This document shows, one piece after another, positions 23,865 through 36,586 of a stretch of DNA of 58,711 nt. The stretch covers positions 1-58,711 of the forward strand of contig JALAGF010002752.1 of assembly GCA_030167865.1 (NCBI GenBank), in the 5' to 3' direction. Origin of the DNA: Craspedostauros australis. Its lineage: Eukaryota. The stretch's first letter is position 1. The number at the start of each line of letters is the position of its first letter. The notes beneath the pieces are model-generated. The model had not been told where the DNA came from. It did not search any database and worked only from the letters and a program-made list of their open reading frames with translations. The position numbers were made by a program, and so were the translations under genes.

Positions 23865-25463
23865 GGTGGATTGTATTTGTGGTGCTGTGGTGTTGGTGTT
23901 GGTGTTGGTGTTGGCGTTGGCGTTGGTATCGATGCTCACGTTTTGTTGTTGTTCGATTTGGTTTTTGGTTTGATTGAAATTGTGAATGTTGGATTGTGAA
24001 TGTTCGATTGTGATTTGTGATTTGCACTTTGCTTCTCTTGAATCTGTGATGTGATGTGTGTGTTGATGTGGGTGTTGACGTGAGTTGAATCGAGTTGGTG
24101 GTTGTGTCTCTTCTCTTTGACCAGCAAAGGGGGTTGCGAACAAGAGGTCGATGTGTTGGGCGATGACAAGGCGAAAAAGTGATGGGTGGCGACCTCAAAT
24201 TACGGTGGTTCTGACGTTGTTTCCTGATGGGCTGGTGAGTTGCGTTCCCACTCCACATTTCTTCGCCGCACGCGCCATCGATCCCTTTGCAGGCGGATGA
24301 GAGCACAGGAAGGGAACCTCCGCAAGATTCGTGTTTGAGGTGGTCGAGAGGTCTAGAATTGTGAGCGCTGATGTGGATTTTCTGGGCACTGGACAATCCG
24401 TGCACCTCCTCGACCAATCAGAAATCGCCGTGAGTAAAAGATACCATTCGACTCTCATCGCTGGAAGCCTCTTGGTCAGACAAGAACATCGTCGAACGTG
24501 GTCGACTTGGTCCATCGCTCACACACTTCGCATGATGACGTCACATGTGATGTGAGTTGGCGGAAGCTTGGCTCAGACAAACTGCCAATGACAAATCATC
24601 GAAACAAACCTCGCCGTGCTGGTTCTGAAACGTGTTCGCCATGAACATGAGCCAACGGTCATCCTCGACCACAACGCAGTTTGGTAACAACACATGCCTC
24701 GCGCACACCCCGAAGATACGGGAACCGGACATCGCGGACAACGCAGAACCACAGAGACAAACGACCTCGCAACTCGTGGCGGCACCAATCTCAACACGTG
24801 GATCTGTCGTACAGGTAGAACCAGTACCATGATGTACCTGCGTACCGCACGAGGTCGCATGCGAACTCGTACGAACAAGAGCGAAAACAAATGAAAGATT
24901 CCGTCGTGGTTGGAGAAGGAATCGCTCCTGAGCAACATGACGTGAGGCAACGTGACACAGTCATCCCGCTCGTGCAGTGACGCAGAACTCGTGGTTCGTG
25001 TTGTTCGCAGTTCGGAACGGAACGAGCACAGACAGATGAGAAAACGGGATTATGCACGACTTGACAATAGTAGACTTCTTGAGTGGTCGGTGTGGTCGTA
25101 CGCGTATGACGGACAGATGATGGCGAATTAAACTAGACTAAACTGATAAGCCTAACATCCCCAAGATCGTCCCAACCTCAGAAACGAAAATCAAGCACAA
25201 GATCGTGACATGTTCGTGGACGGAGGCGTCAGGAAACAAAGAGGCAGAGCCACAACAAGGCTGGGAGGCATGCACAGATCGGCAGTGCAGTTGAAGTAGT
25301 TCCATTGCTCCACGATCTACTCCACCCCGCTCTACTCTACTCTGCTCTGCTCTACTCTACTCTACTGTACTCTGCAGTATCCACACAAGCACAAGCACGA
25401 ATTTGAGTAGCTCGTACGCGGAGGAGACAGAGAGAAGAGAGGGACAGAGAGAGAGCAAGGAGG

Positions 25464-27236
25464 ATGTTTGACGCTGCAATCATTGCCGCCACAACGTTCA
25501 TGATGGTCTCGATTGCAATGCTGTCAAGGATGGTGCCAAGAACAGCACAAAGAGCAGTGCCGACGGTGATGAGATCGGCTTCATTGACATCGAGGTTGAG
25601 AGCTTCGGAAGGAATGAAGACACGGACGCTGCCGTCGTTTCCCATGTCAACGGTACTGGGAATGCTCACGGCATCTTTCACATCATCTTCACCAACCTGC
25701 AGTTCGAGGATGGTCGAGGCATGGACGGTATCTCCTCGGATGCCGTCACATGGCCGGGCTTGGAACAGAGCAGGCGCAACTTCTCTGTCCGTTCCACCAT
25801 CCGCACGGGAGTACTTGGATCTTCACGATGGCAACGCAGGTTGTTCGGTGCAACGTCTTCCACCCATGTCGAGGTCGTTTCATTCCTCATTGTCGCTCTG
25901 CGTGCAGTCACGATCATCTGCTTCGTCACCTCTGTCGGCCGCATTGCAACCAGATGATGTTGATGCGTTCCAGTCGTCCGGCGATAGCAGTGCGTGGGAT
26001 GAAGAGGAGTTCATTCTGGAAGACGACGATTCTCAAACCGATCAACAGAATCCTCGAAGCGATGATAGTGACAACGATGACGACGATGACGATGACGGGG
26101 AGTTTGAAGATGCAGCCAATGAGATTCTGCTGGAGTATCAGGCATGGTGCAAAGCGGTAGATTCCTGCCGTACCGCCATGGAACGCAAACGCACGTCCTT
26201 GCAATCCGAGCTGACGAAGGCGCAGAACGTCGAGGGGACAGTGTCGCGCGCGCAGCTCCTCGTATCCAACCTCTACATGTTCACGCCGGGCGTCAAATCC
26301 GTCACGGTGCAAGATTGGGAGAACGATGGCAAGGAGGTCACTTTAACGTGGAACGATCAGAAGTACTCCACTGCCTCCGAAGAAGCCGACGCCCTCTTCG
26401 CGCAGGCGCGCAAGCTCAAACGCGGATCGCAGGTCGTCCAGGATCTGTTGGAAGACACGGCAGGTGCCTGGGACACGCTGGTGGAGCTGCAGCAGGACTT
26501 GGAATCGCTGCATTCGCAAGATTCCTCCGACATCGACGAAGGACGGTTGGGTCTCATCCAGGACCGATTGCGCCGCACATCCCGCAGGACCAACTTCAAG
26601 GAGCCGCACGAGATCCACGATCCTTCCAGCAACAAGCAGCAGCGCAAACGCAGCAAGCACCAAAAGAAACCAGAAATGGGCACGCCGGCATCGAACGTCC
26701 GCAAGATGCAATCGCCGGGCGGTTGCACTGTGCTGGTGGGACGCAACCGACGCGGCAACGAGTACCTGAGTCTGAACGTCGCGCGGCAGCAGGATGTCTG
26801 GATGCACAGCCGCGGCTGTCCCGGAGCCCACGTCATCGTCATGCATCGCCGCGGCGGACCAACGCCCACCGAGGCATGCTACCAGTTCGCCGCCGATATC
26901 ACCATATTTTATAGCGACTTCCGCACGGAAGAAAAGGCGCCCGTGGTGTCGGCCCAGCCCAAGCATCTGCTGAAGCCGCGCGGGGCGCCGTTGGGTGCCA
27001 TCAAAGTCCGGGAAGAATGGCGGACCTTCGTGGGCAGGCCCGATCGCGTGCCGCAGGAGCTGAAGGAGGCAAGGGAGGAATCGGGGCAGATGAAGGAATA
27101 CCGCAATACGGACAAGGCGAAGCATCGAAAACGCACGAAGAAGGCAACCTCGCAGGCCAAACAGCGAAGGCGGTTGGAGAAGAAGCAACAGCAGCAGCAG
27201 AAGACGGAGGATGCATCGTTGCCGGATTTCTATTGA
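25464..27236 (+). CDS. NFACT RNA-binding domain protein (partial RqcH/FbpA-like), organelle-targeted
   Basis: AQLLVSNLY...ADALFAQARKLKRG coiled-coil/M region and VLVGRNRRGNEYLS...DVWMHSRGCPGAHV...KPRGAPLG (NFACT-R); long presequence. Confidence 0.88.
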   Translation: MFDAAIIAATTFMMVSIAMLSRMVPRTAQRAVPTVMRSASLTSRLRASEGMKTRTLPSFPMSTVLGMLTASFTSSSPTCSSRMVEAWTVSPRMPSHGRAWNRAGATSLSVPPSAREYLDLHDGNAGCSVQRLPPMSRSFHSSLSLCVQSRSSASSPLSAALQPDDVDAFQSSGDSSAWDEEEFILEDDDSQTDQQNPRSDDSDNDDDDDDDGEFEDAANEILLEYQAWCKAVDSCRTAMERKRTSLQSELTKAQNVEGTVSRAQLLVSNLYMFTPGVKSVTVQDWENDGKEVTLTWNDQKYSTASEEADALFAQARKLKRGSQVVQDLLEDTAGAWDTLVELQQDLESLHSQDSSDIDEGRLGLIQDRLRRTSRRTNFKEPHEIHDPSSNKQQRKRSKHQKKPEMGTPASNVRKMQSPGGCTVLVGRNRRGNEYLSLNVARQQDVWMHSRGCPGAHVIVMHRRGGPTPTEACYQFAADITIFYSDFRTEEKAPVVSAQPKHLLKPRGAPLGAIKVREEWRTFVGRPDRVPQELKEAREESGQMKEYRNTDKAKHRKRTKKATSQAKQRRRLEKKQQQQQKTEDASLPDFY

Positions 27237-27946
27237 AGGGGACAACGCGCGAGTGCAAGTGCGAGTGCGAGTACAAACGTTTGGTGTATCAACAGTTGAT
27301 GCGGATAGGACAACAGTACTCGTACTTTTCTCAGATGTTGGATTCGTCAGCATGATCTGCCTACTCCGAGCGCGAGATATTAAGATTCGCGCACAGGGCA
27401 CGTGTAGAGGAGTGACGAATTGATAGTCCACGAACCACGACGTCGCCTCCTTGCCATGAGAATTTGATTCCGCGCATTCGTATTCGTGCAAGACGTATCG
27501 AACCAGGATATGATTCCGAAAGCAAATGGAACTGCTTTCGTCGAAGTGTTTGTGATGCTTGTGTGAAAGTCTGCGTACGCACGCATGGCGTGTACCAGTA
27601 ATGCCTAAATTTGAATTATGTGTAAATCAAACGTTGATTTGGATATGTGTACTCTATGTAGATATGGACCGTTGTGTATGCAGTGTACGAGTAGTGTGAT
27701 GTGGATGTGCATGTATTCTTGCTGTATCGTGATGTGGATGCTGAACTCTTGTCTCTCTCCCCGTTCGTTCGTTCGAGAGAGTGGATTGTTCCACGAGGCT
27801 GCATGGCATGGGGAATGCCATCCAATGCCTGCCGTCGCCGTTGATGAAGGTTCTCGTATGGGATTGTGCATTTCCTATGGATCATCGATTCCAATCAGAC
27901 CAAAGGGTGCCACCCAACAAAGGAACCGGGATTGCAGGGATGTATC

Positions 27947-28759
27947 TCAGAGATGCGGACGATGGTAGATGCGACCATGGAAGTCAACGTAGACGTCGGA
28001 TGTTGTGGTGGGCAACGCCACCCAATCATTGTTGGTCTCTTCGCGGTACACAATATGCTCCGCGACTCCCACCATCTCCTCGAAGGAACTCCAGCTCATC
28101 TTGGGGATGGACGAGGAATGGACGAGGTTGCTGTGCTGTGGGACTTGGGATGTGGCTGATGCGAGTGACATTGGGTTTGACACTGATGTTGACGATGTGG
28201 AATGGAGCGTGGATTCGGATGCAGATACGGTTGGGAACATGGATGATGATGGTATGGACTCCAGCTTTGTTGTTGTTGAGGGTGGCACAAGTGGTGACCA
28301 CGTTGGGTTGGAGTATCGTTGTGGATTGGCCACAAGCCTGGAGAAGGCCGATGGTTCGTTGCAGGCATGCTGCGGTGGATGTTGGGCATCTCTGTTGTCG
28401 AATTCCGACCCCCGCGTTTGTGCCCGCGTTTGTGCTTCTGCGGAAGACGACGCCGTCGATGAAGACGATGAAGAGGAAGAGGATCCCGATGAAGATCTCC
28501 TGGATGGATAGTATTCGACTTTGGGTGTCTGGCAGTGCGGGAAGTGGGATGCGTGCTTGCTCTTTCGTCCCCATCGAGGGTAATGGCTGTTCGTGCTGCT
28601 GCCGCCGCTGAAGGAAGCTGAAGCGATAGATACACCTGCACCGACCCGACGCATGTCCATGGTGACTGAGGATGCGAACCTGGCGCTGTGGAACTCCATG
28701 GGTGATTTGGGAGAGGTCATCGGCAGACTCGGTCCGCTCTTTTGCGTGTTGTCCATCAT
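27947..28759 (-). CDS. Ser-rich low-complexity hypothetical protein
   Basis: 270-aa ATG-started ORF with poly-Ser tracts and a less biased C-terminus (WSSFEEMVGVAEHIVY); no family recognised. Confidence 0.4.
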   Translation of the reverse strand: MMDNTQKSGPSLPMTSPKSPMEFHSARFASSVTMDMRRVGAGVSIASASFSGGSSTNSHYPRWGRKSKHASHFPHCQTPKVEYYPSRRSSSGSSSSSSSSSTASSSAEAQTRAQTRGSEFDNRDAQHPPQHACNEPSAFSRLVANPQRYSNPTWSPLVPPSTTTKLESIPSSSMFPTVSASESTLHSTSSTSVSNPMSLASATSQVPQHSNLVHSSSIPKMSWSSFEEMVGVAEHIVYREETNNDWVALPTTTSDVYVDFHGRIYHRPHL

Positions 28760-31167
28760 GTTTGAGAATGCGTCGTGTGGGATGAGCCCAGCTTGATGTG
28801 GTATGGCTTGATGCGGTATGGCTTGCTCTGTTCTGCTTTGCTTTGCTATGAGATGAAACAGAGTGGACCCTCGGGACGGAGCAGAAAGAGGCAGTTGCTG
28901 TTGGCTGCCACGCCGGATGTCTCTGATCTACTCTATGGTACCTATGGCACGAGGACGTGTACGCGTGGTATCTGCAGGGAGATGCGTGTCTCCTTTGCTT
29001 TGTCTGTGGCTGTGACTATGGTTGTGACTATGGTTGCGGGTGCGAGTGCGGCTGCTGCTGGTTGTGATTGTGATGTGGCTATGGCAGATTCCTTCGACCT
29101 CTGTCGACGCAGCTTCTTGTCTTTGGAGGTCCTCCTGCCACTGCGCCTTCCGGTGGTACTGCCTTTCTGTGTTGTTGTTCTTGTTCTTGTACCCCTCGTC
29201 GGCGTCGTCACTTCTCAACGTTGGCTTGGCCTTGGTCGTGGGCTTTTGTATCAATGCTGTTGCCGTTGTTGTTGCTACTGTTGCTGTTGCTGCTGGTGCT
29301 GCTGCTTCGCTCTGTTCTCACTCTCTGTTCTCACTTTCTGTCCTCGCTTCTGCCTCTTCTCTTGGTTCTACTTCTCACCGGGAGATGGAGCCATCAAACG
29401 TGCCATTTGCAACAACGTACGCGCGTGTATGCCACAAGTACGAGAGTGCGGGCGATGGACAACAGTCTGGAGAGTACTCTGCGGGTATGCCATGTGCTCA
29501 TACGCGAGCACCTGCGAATGCCGCTCCGAACATCAAGCAGGTGCAGATGGAGTACAAACATCACAAACATCACAAACCACGCAATGTACATGGCCAGAAA
29601 CACTGTGGAACAACAGGGAGCAAAGCGGAGACGAAAGCGCCAGGACAACGAAGAAGGAAGGAACCGGGCCCAAACACTACTTCTCACCGAATTCGTGAGT
29701 TCTCGATTGGGAATGCGATTTATTTATCCATTCGTCGCCTACATCACTTAAACACATTGAGGTTATCATGTCGTACAAGACAAGGCGTCATCGTCAGACA
29801 TGATCGTGACGATCACAAAAAGTTGATCGTCACCACAAACTCGTTTTCGCCAAACGAACTCACCAAATCAAGTCCTCGCATGAGGGCCTCTCCGTTCTTG
29901 GTTTGCTCAATCCAAACTCCCTGCACTTCTTGCGACCCATCCGCCTCGTTGTTGCTGCTGCTGCCCTGCTCTATTCGCATTCGGAGACTCCTCTTTCCCA
30001 CGTGTATTTCTTCTCCATACCTTGTGGGGCACTTGCACGACACCAAATGCTCCATCATCTCCTCCCAAATAGCATCACGATCTCAACGAGCAGCAACGGC
30101 CATGAACCCACCATCGACGATGTCAACACATGTCACATCGTCGGCGCAAAAGACGGTTGCCACGAACGCGATTCCGTCCGCAAAGCGAAAGATCCATCCA
30201 TGCGAACCGCAACATCCGCACATCACGCGCAAATCTTCTTGGCACACCATTCAACCCGAAGCTCGAGATCGCCTTGGATGCGTTCTTGTCGCCGTCCATT
30301 GTGGAAACCAGAACCGTGGGCACGAGACGAACACGAAGACAGGACAGAACGAGAAGGCTTTGCCTGCGGATGAAATGTCACTGGTCTGTTTCACGGCGGA
30401 AAGAATCCGACCAGTCGATCGTCATTTCGCGTCGATGCTCCCGTCCACCTTCCTTCCATTCCTCCTCTCCGTTCATGCCGTCGGAATGTGCGGTGTGTCT
30501 CGTCTGTTCCTCGCGCAGGTGTAGTCGTACAGTAGAAGCGAGCGCGCAGTGCGGTCGTAGCTTGGATCCAACGAAGCGCGCTCACAGACTGTGGAAAGAT
30601 ACCATGGCGCGCATTGCTCGTACTCGCACCAGCCCACATCCTGCACGCTACAGATACCATGGACAGCGACACCATTTGCGTTTCACGACGGTGGCTAATA
30701 CGCCGTTCTATTTGTGCACATTATCTTGAAAGCTGCTTGCTTCAGTTTTTGTTTTGTGTTTTCTGGTGATGATGTGTTCCTGGACTATCTCGTATTCATC
30801 TGAATAGATTTGGTTTGATTGATTTGTTGGTGTTGTTTCTGTATGTTTTCTCTCTTTGTTTTCTTTTTCTTGTTTGGGACTGGTGGGGTTCGACACTGGG
30901 TCTTGTGTGGCACTTTTTGTTTTGCTACAGAGCACGGGGCGACAGGACAGCTGGCGTTGGTTGTTTGGGGTCTCGCTTTGTTTGCCATGATTGTTGCTGT
31001 TCTTCTATCGTCGCTACCCTGTGCTATGGTATGGCAGTGGGGGATGACATGGAGGGTGTATCGTCAGGGCGGCCGACGACATGGTTGGACTATTGGGGGT
31101 GCACTTGTTGAATCGCAGCATGCATACTTGCAGCGATCGCAACAATGCTCCTTGGAGACGACGCAGC

Positions 31168-33116
31168 CTATCGGCCACCCCCTTGGCTTCTTTGCATCGC
31201 GGCCTTCTGTGCTGCGAGTTTCTGCTCGTACTTGCGTTTGCAATCCATCTCGTGGACGCTGGAGACGGCAAATCTCATGGAGAGCTTGTCGGCAGGCTTC
31301 ACGATGGGAGTCTCGAAGAAGTACTCAGCATCGAGCGCCTGCACAGCAGACCATCGTTTGTCGGGATTCAGTTCCATCAGCTTGACGAGAAGCTGGACGG
31401 CATTGTCCGTCATCCATTTTGGATGCGGCAGTTTGTCTCGCAGTGCCTGTGCAAGGCGATTGGGACGTCGCGTCTCACCGGGCTTAGGTTCGAAGCGTTT
31501 CCACAGTCGACAGCGTTTGCGGATGTCAGGCCAGTCCTCTTCTGTGGGGTGTCCGCAGGTTTGGAAGATGAGATCGAGCTGGGTAGCTTCGTTCGCACCT
31601 CTGAGGAAGCCTTTGCGTCGGAACATCTCTGCGATGATGCACCCTGCGCTCCACATGTCGATCTTTGAGCTGTAGTCCATCATGCCGAGCAGCAGTTCGG
31701 GTGGGCGGTACCAGAGCGTGATCACCTTGTTGGTGAGACGCTTGGTGTCGCTGCTGTAGCTGCGCGCCAGCCCCCAATCTGCGATCTTGAGCTCTCCGTT
31801 CCGACTCACCAGCAAGTTCGAGGCCTTCAGATCGCGATGGAGCACCTTGTTCGTGTGCATGTAGTGCATGCCATTCAGGAGCTGCTGCGACCATGACTTG
31901 ACGTGATCTTGGGTGAGCCGAATCTCAGGCGTCTCCAGCACGCCGGTCAAGTCATACTCAAGATACTCGAACACCATGAACACATTCTTTGGAAAGGCAC
32001 CACGCTCTGTGATCGAAGTTGAGCACACGAGCGAATATCCCAATTTGTTGCGTCGCAATCGATCGTTGGTTCATCCAACAGCGTAGGTTGATTGCCGCGA
32101 GTGTTTCCACCAACGTCATGATAGTTGCAAGAGAGGAGACAACGGGAGAAAGGTGGACGGTGAGTGAGATGAGCCTCTTGCGAATCGGTGGGATGAATCA
32201 CGCACTTGATTGCAGGTTTGACACGATCTGCCTGATGACATGCAAAGATGGTGATGCGCCACCCACTGCGCGAGTCAGTTGTCTTGTGCTGTCTTGTTTG
32301 ATGATTGATGTCCCTAGGCCGTTTATACGAATCGCACACGGGAAGAGTACGACGCGTGATAGTACCATGGATGTTCATATTGGCGGGTTGAACAACGCTA
32401 CAACTCATGTGGAAAATGGAGCTGTGCGCGAAACTGAGAGTCCGCCGGTGCACGCTGAGCACATTGTGTGCATTAACTTGAATCGCCCCAATACGATGCG
32501 CAGTGTGGAGAAAGAGCATGTGCAGAATACATGCTGGTCGAAGCATGGCAAACAGGCAGCGCAATGTGCTGGAGACCGTCGGCAACTCACCTTTGGATGT
32601 CACGATTTCCTTGAGGTTGACGATATTCGGATGGTTCAGCGCCTTCAATATTTTGACTTCTCGAAGCGCAGTGATAGGGAACCCATTCTCCTCCTGTTCA
32701 GTGTTGATGCGTTTCAACGCGACGATCTCCGCCGTTTGCTTATCCTTCGCAACAAACACGCTTCCGTATGTTCCCTGCCCAACCTGCCTCTTCTTCTCAT
32801 AGACATCGACATCGCGCAGCACGACCGGCAAACGGATGGACACCTTGCTGCGCCTTGGGACGATGCCAGGCTGCTGCTGCTGCCTTTGCTTCTTCGCTGC
32901 TGGCAATGCATTTGATCCATTTGTTCTGGAAGCCGAGCTAGCCAAGGTTCTTTTGGCAGGTCCAGAATGAGGACCACGAGGTGGTGGTGGTGGCCTCTTG
33001 GGTGGACCCGGCGGTGACTTGAACGGTAGCTTACCGCCCGCCCTCTTGGTTGGAGGACCTCTCGGGGGTGGACCCTTCGGAGGTGGTGGGCGAACCATTG
33101 TCTTTGCAATCGCCAT
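31168..33116 (-). CDS. CDKC: Cyclin-dependent kinase, CDK9/CDKC (PITALRE) type; exons 33116-32591, 32006-31168 (about 454 aa)
   Basis: VGQGTYGSV, VALK, GFPITALREVKIL, HRDLKASN, IADWGLAR, TNKVITLWYRPPE. A 584-bp phase-1 intron (gtgagt...acag) joins TSKE-RGAFPKNVFMVFEY. Confidence 0.94.
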
Positions 33117-35254
33117 TACTGTCCCTCGCTCTCTCCTTTCCGCAAGTGTTCAATGCACGCGCTTTGGATTGGTCAGATGCGCGTCCCAAGGTTTGGTCTT
33201 GTGCCTTCGTCTACGTTTTGATCTCGGTGCGTCCGGATACGGATGCGGGCACGGGATGAACGCCGTCGAACTCTAGTATTCGCAGGGATCTCTCACGTGC
33301 AATCTTGTCGTTCGATGTTTCTGTGGTTCCCCAGTGGTGCAAATGCGAATGCGTGCGGGTTTGCGTTTTGCAAATGTTCACGTGGGATTGTGATCGTATG
33401 ATAACAAAACAGGGTGTGAGAGTCACGCTCTGCAAATGCTGCTGTCACTGTGCTGTTGTCGCTGGTGCTAAGTTGGACCGCAGAGTTGGGAGCAGGTGGT
33501 GGCGCTGGCGGTGGTGGCGATTGTTAGTCTTTGAGTGTGTGTCGTATTGGCTGCTGCTGTGGTGTGGTGCGATGCGATGCAGCCGTGTTGGTTGTGCGGT
33601 GCCTCTTGTCTTGGCCAGTGTGACTCTGAAAAAGTCTTTTGGTGCTCCTGCGACAAGAGGTCGCCCGCTTTCTGGTGTCATGGTCCTCCGCGCCCCTGTC
33701 GACGTGGCCATCGTGTCATTGCTGTCATCGTGGCTGTCGGTTGTCGAGGCGTCGTCGCCATCCCAAACACCAAGTGCGCCCAAAATTATTGCGCTTCTCT
33801 TCGCTCCGCGGAATTAAAAATGGGACCAACACACCAGACCCACCCACGCCACCTGTTGGCAGCGTGCACGCACCACGCACAACCACGACACTCTGCGGGA
33901 ACGTTGGCGGCACAACGATCCGCCTGTTCGGGAGGAACGGTGGACGGACAGACCGCCACGCGAAGAAAAAAGAAGAAAACCCAAAACAAGACCAAAAAAG
34001 CAAGGAGCCGAATCAAGGCCGAACAGCAAAAGAGGGACGAAACCGCCAAGCACGCGACTGAGCGCAGCGCAGCCGATGCAGCGGAAGTGGTTTCGCCCCT
34101 CGTTTTGCCTCCTCTGCTGGTTCCGCAGTGCACTTCGGTGCCCTCTTTTGCCACTTGCAGAACGCTTTCCGAGCCGAGACCACCTACATTTTGATCCCTA
34201 AGGTCAATGATGAAGGATGCCAAGGGCGTTGCCCTGAAGGAACGGTGGAGTTGCAAGGTTGGAAGGTCGAAAGCACGAAGGAAGAAGACAACAGAGGAGC
34301 GCCGCCAACACTCTCTGTTGTGAGCCCGCCGCGTTGCTCCACCACTCCAACCAGAGCCAGCTGCAAAACTCCAAACACCAAAACCTTTCGTGGCAAAACA
34401 CGACACAGCACAAGACACGAGACAAAACAACGAGAAGAAGCCAAATGAAACGTGTCGATGTGCGAACAACAGCAAACAAAAACAAGAGAGACAGCCGATC
34501 GATTGACACTGATCAAGTACTTCTCTGACCACGATTGGGTTGTGGTCGATCAAATCCATCCGACCAAACCAAGCCATCCGTGATGCATGTGCGTCGTGAA
34601 TCCCGGGAGAATGTCAAAGATGCAGAAAAGAACGAAAGCGTCAAGACAGAACGTTCGCTGGTCGGACAGTTCTGTTTCGTCCACGATGGTGGTGGCAACC
34701 GCCAGCGACATGGCTTCACATGCTTCGGAACTCTGGAATGGAAGCACATCAAGTACGCAAACCTGCCAAACTTCGCCGGAGCAATCAGAGCAATTACCAC
34801 CACAGAATGCGGGTTCTTTGTTGATGTCATCCTCTCTCTCGCTCTGGTCTACTTGACACATCACACTCCCCTCCCGATCGTGCGATGAGCAGCCGCTTGT
34901 ACGACTATTGGTCGCAACGTTCTTCGTCTTTTCATTCCTCTTTCGCCTGTGTCCACGACGACCACCACAGCGGCAAACACACAACAACTGTGACAACACA
35001 ACAACGATCGTCAGTACTCCTACGATCGTTGGGTAATGCTGGTACTCTGGTCACACAATCCAATACTGTACTACTACAAGGGAGCAGATTGGAAGGGAAG
35101 ACTCTCATCCATCATCGTCATTCGCAGGACACCATCGTCATTCGAGCATCGTGCCATCATTACGTGTTCATAGACTAGAATCCACGCTCAAACACATCAC
35201 CCAAATATTATACATCCAGAGTACAGCACAGCACGAGCACAACACGAGCACAGC

Positions 35255-36238
35255 ATGTCGTTCCAAACCGTTGTCAGACAGTACAGACACCGCCTGGTGA
35301 AGGACGTCAAGGCGACCTTTTCGTTGCCAAGGACGGTCGGCACTCCGAAACGGGGGGCGAGGGCGTCGACGAGTGCAAGCGCTGCGGGTGCTGGCGCCAG
35401 GAGCGCGGGCAAGAAGCAGACGCTGTTCGAGTGGTACTCTGAAAAGCTCGAGACACATCCCTTGATCACCAAGGGGATTACCGCAGGGTTCATATCGTCG
35501 ACCGGCAATCTGCTGGCCCAGCGCATCGCGCACGAGAAGGAAAAGGCTGGCACACTCGAGGAACAGGAGCATGCAGCGAAAGACCCATCCCATCCACAAC
35601 ATCGGCAAATGGCCATGCAGGAGGGGGAGTTTGAGATCGATTGGGCCAAGACTGGACGCTTTGCATTCCTCAATGTTGTCTTGGTCGCACCAGTGCTGCA
35701 TTACTGGTACCAATTCATCAATCGGTCCGTTCCGGGATCCTCTCTCACACGCGTGCTGCAGCGTGTCTTCTGGGATGAGTTTGTTTTCACGCCTCTCTAC
35801 CTCCCCGTCGTGCTGGGGTCGCTGTGGACGTTGGAAGGCACGTCGCCTCCGAAAGTGTGGGAAATGATCAAGAGCGAGACCATGAAGCTTGTCATGGCGG
35901 AGTGGGTGGTCTGGGTGCCCACCATGTTCCTCACATTCCGTTACGTCCCTGTCAAATTCCAGGTCCTCACCATCAACCTAGTGGGAGTGTTCTGGAACAC
36001 ATACCTCAGCTTCATGGTCTCGGAAGCGCACAAGACGACCAGCACTGACAAGGTGGCGACTGAGACTGACACTCACACGGCGACCACCGTCCCCACGAGC
36101 ACCAGCCACAACCACGGCCACGGCCACAACCACGGCCACAACCACACCCATGACAACAACACGCACCTTGTTAGCAAAGTGATGGCCGTGGCGCGCGCCG
36201 ATACCGCCCGCGTCGCAGCGCTCAAGGAGAAGAACTGA
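35255..36238 (+). CDS. Mpv17/PMP22 family membrane protein
   Basis: WYSEKLETHPLITKGIT, GNLLAQ, HYWYQF, WVPTMFLTFRYVPVKFQVLTINLVGVFWNTYLS. Confidence 0.93.
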   Translation: MSFQTVVRQYRHRLVKDVKATFSLPRTVGTPKRGARASTSASAAGAGARSAGKKQTLFEWYSEKLETHPLITKGITAGFISSTGNLLAQRIAHEKEKAGTLEEQEHAAKDPSHPQHRQMAMQEGEFEIDWAKTGRFAFLNVVLVAPVLHYWYQFINRSVPGSSLTRVLQRVFWDEFVFTPLYLPVVLGSLWTLEGTSPPKVWEMIKSETMKLVMAEWVVWVPTMFLTFRYVPVKFQVLTINLVGVFWNTYLSFMVSEAHKTTSTDKVATETDTHTATTVPTSTSHNHGHGHNHGHNHTHDNNTHLVSKVMAVARADTARVAALKEKN

Positions 36239-36586
36239 TCATGGGAGCACGGTTCTGCTGTATCCTATTTGCCATACGCCATGTGCCCCGCTGATGGCCA
36301 CTCGGAGCTCGATGGCAGCATGAGCTCTTGGCAGTTGGATCCCACGGTAACTGGGTCAATCCTCGAATGTACAATATATCGTACCATACTCAAATCTTAA
36401 GTCAGGCAGTGAATGCAAGAGTACATCAGGCATTTTGTAGAACTACTCGTACATTCCTTCAGCTCCATGCTCTATTCATGTCATTGGAGCATCAGCCGCT
36501 ATCATGCAGTAGTGGCTGCCGACTCGTGCAGACGGTTGATAACGCACGAGTGTGAGACGCTCGTCGGTCACCAACCACCCCGTCAA

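Noticed and set aside
23865-24143. 93-aa N-terminal extension of the epimerase in the ORF track
   Set aside because: Non-ATG start and A/C-rich repeat sequence typical of 5' UTRs here.
29034-30524. 496-aa plus-strand ORF
   Set aside because: Non-ATG start, no motifs, composition driven by simple repeats.
31947-32590. Read-through of CDK exon 1 into a 389-aa ORF
   Set aside because: The extension is intron sequence; the kinase domain continues only after splicing to 32006.
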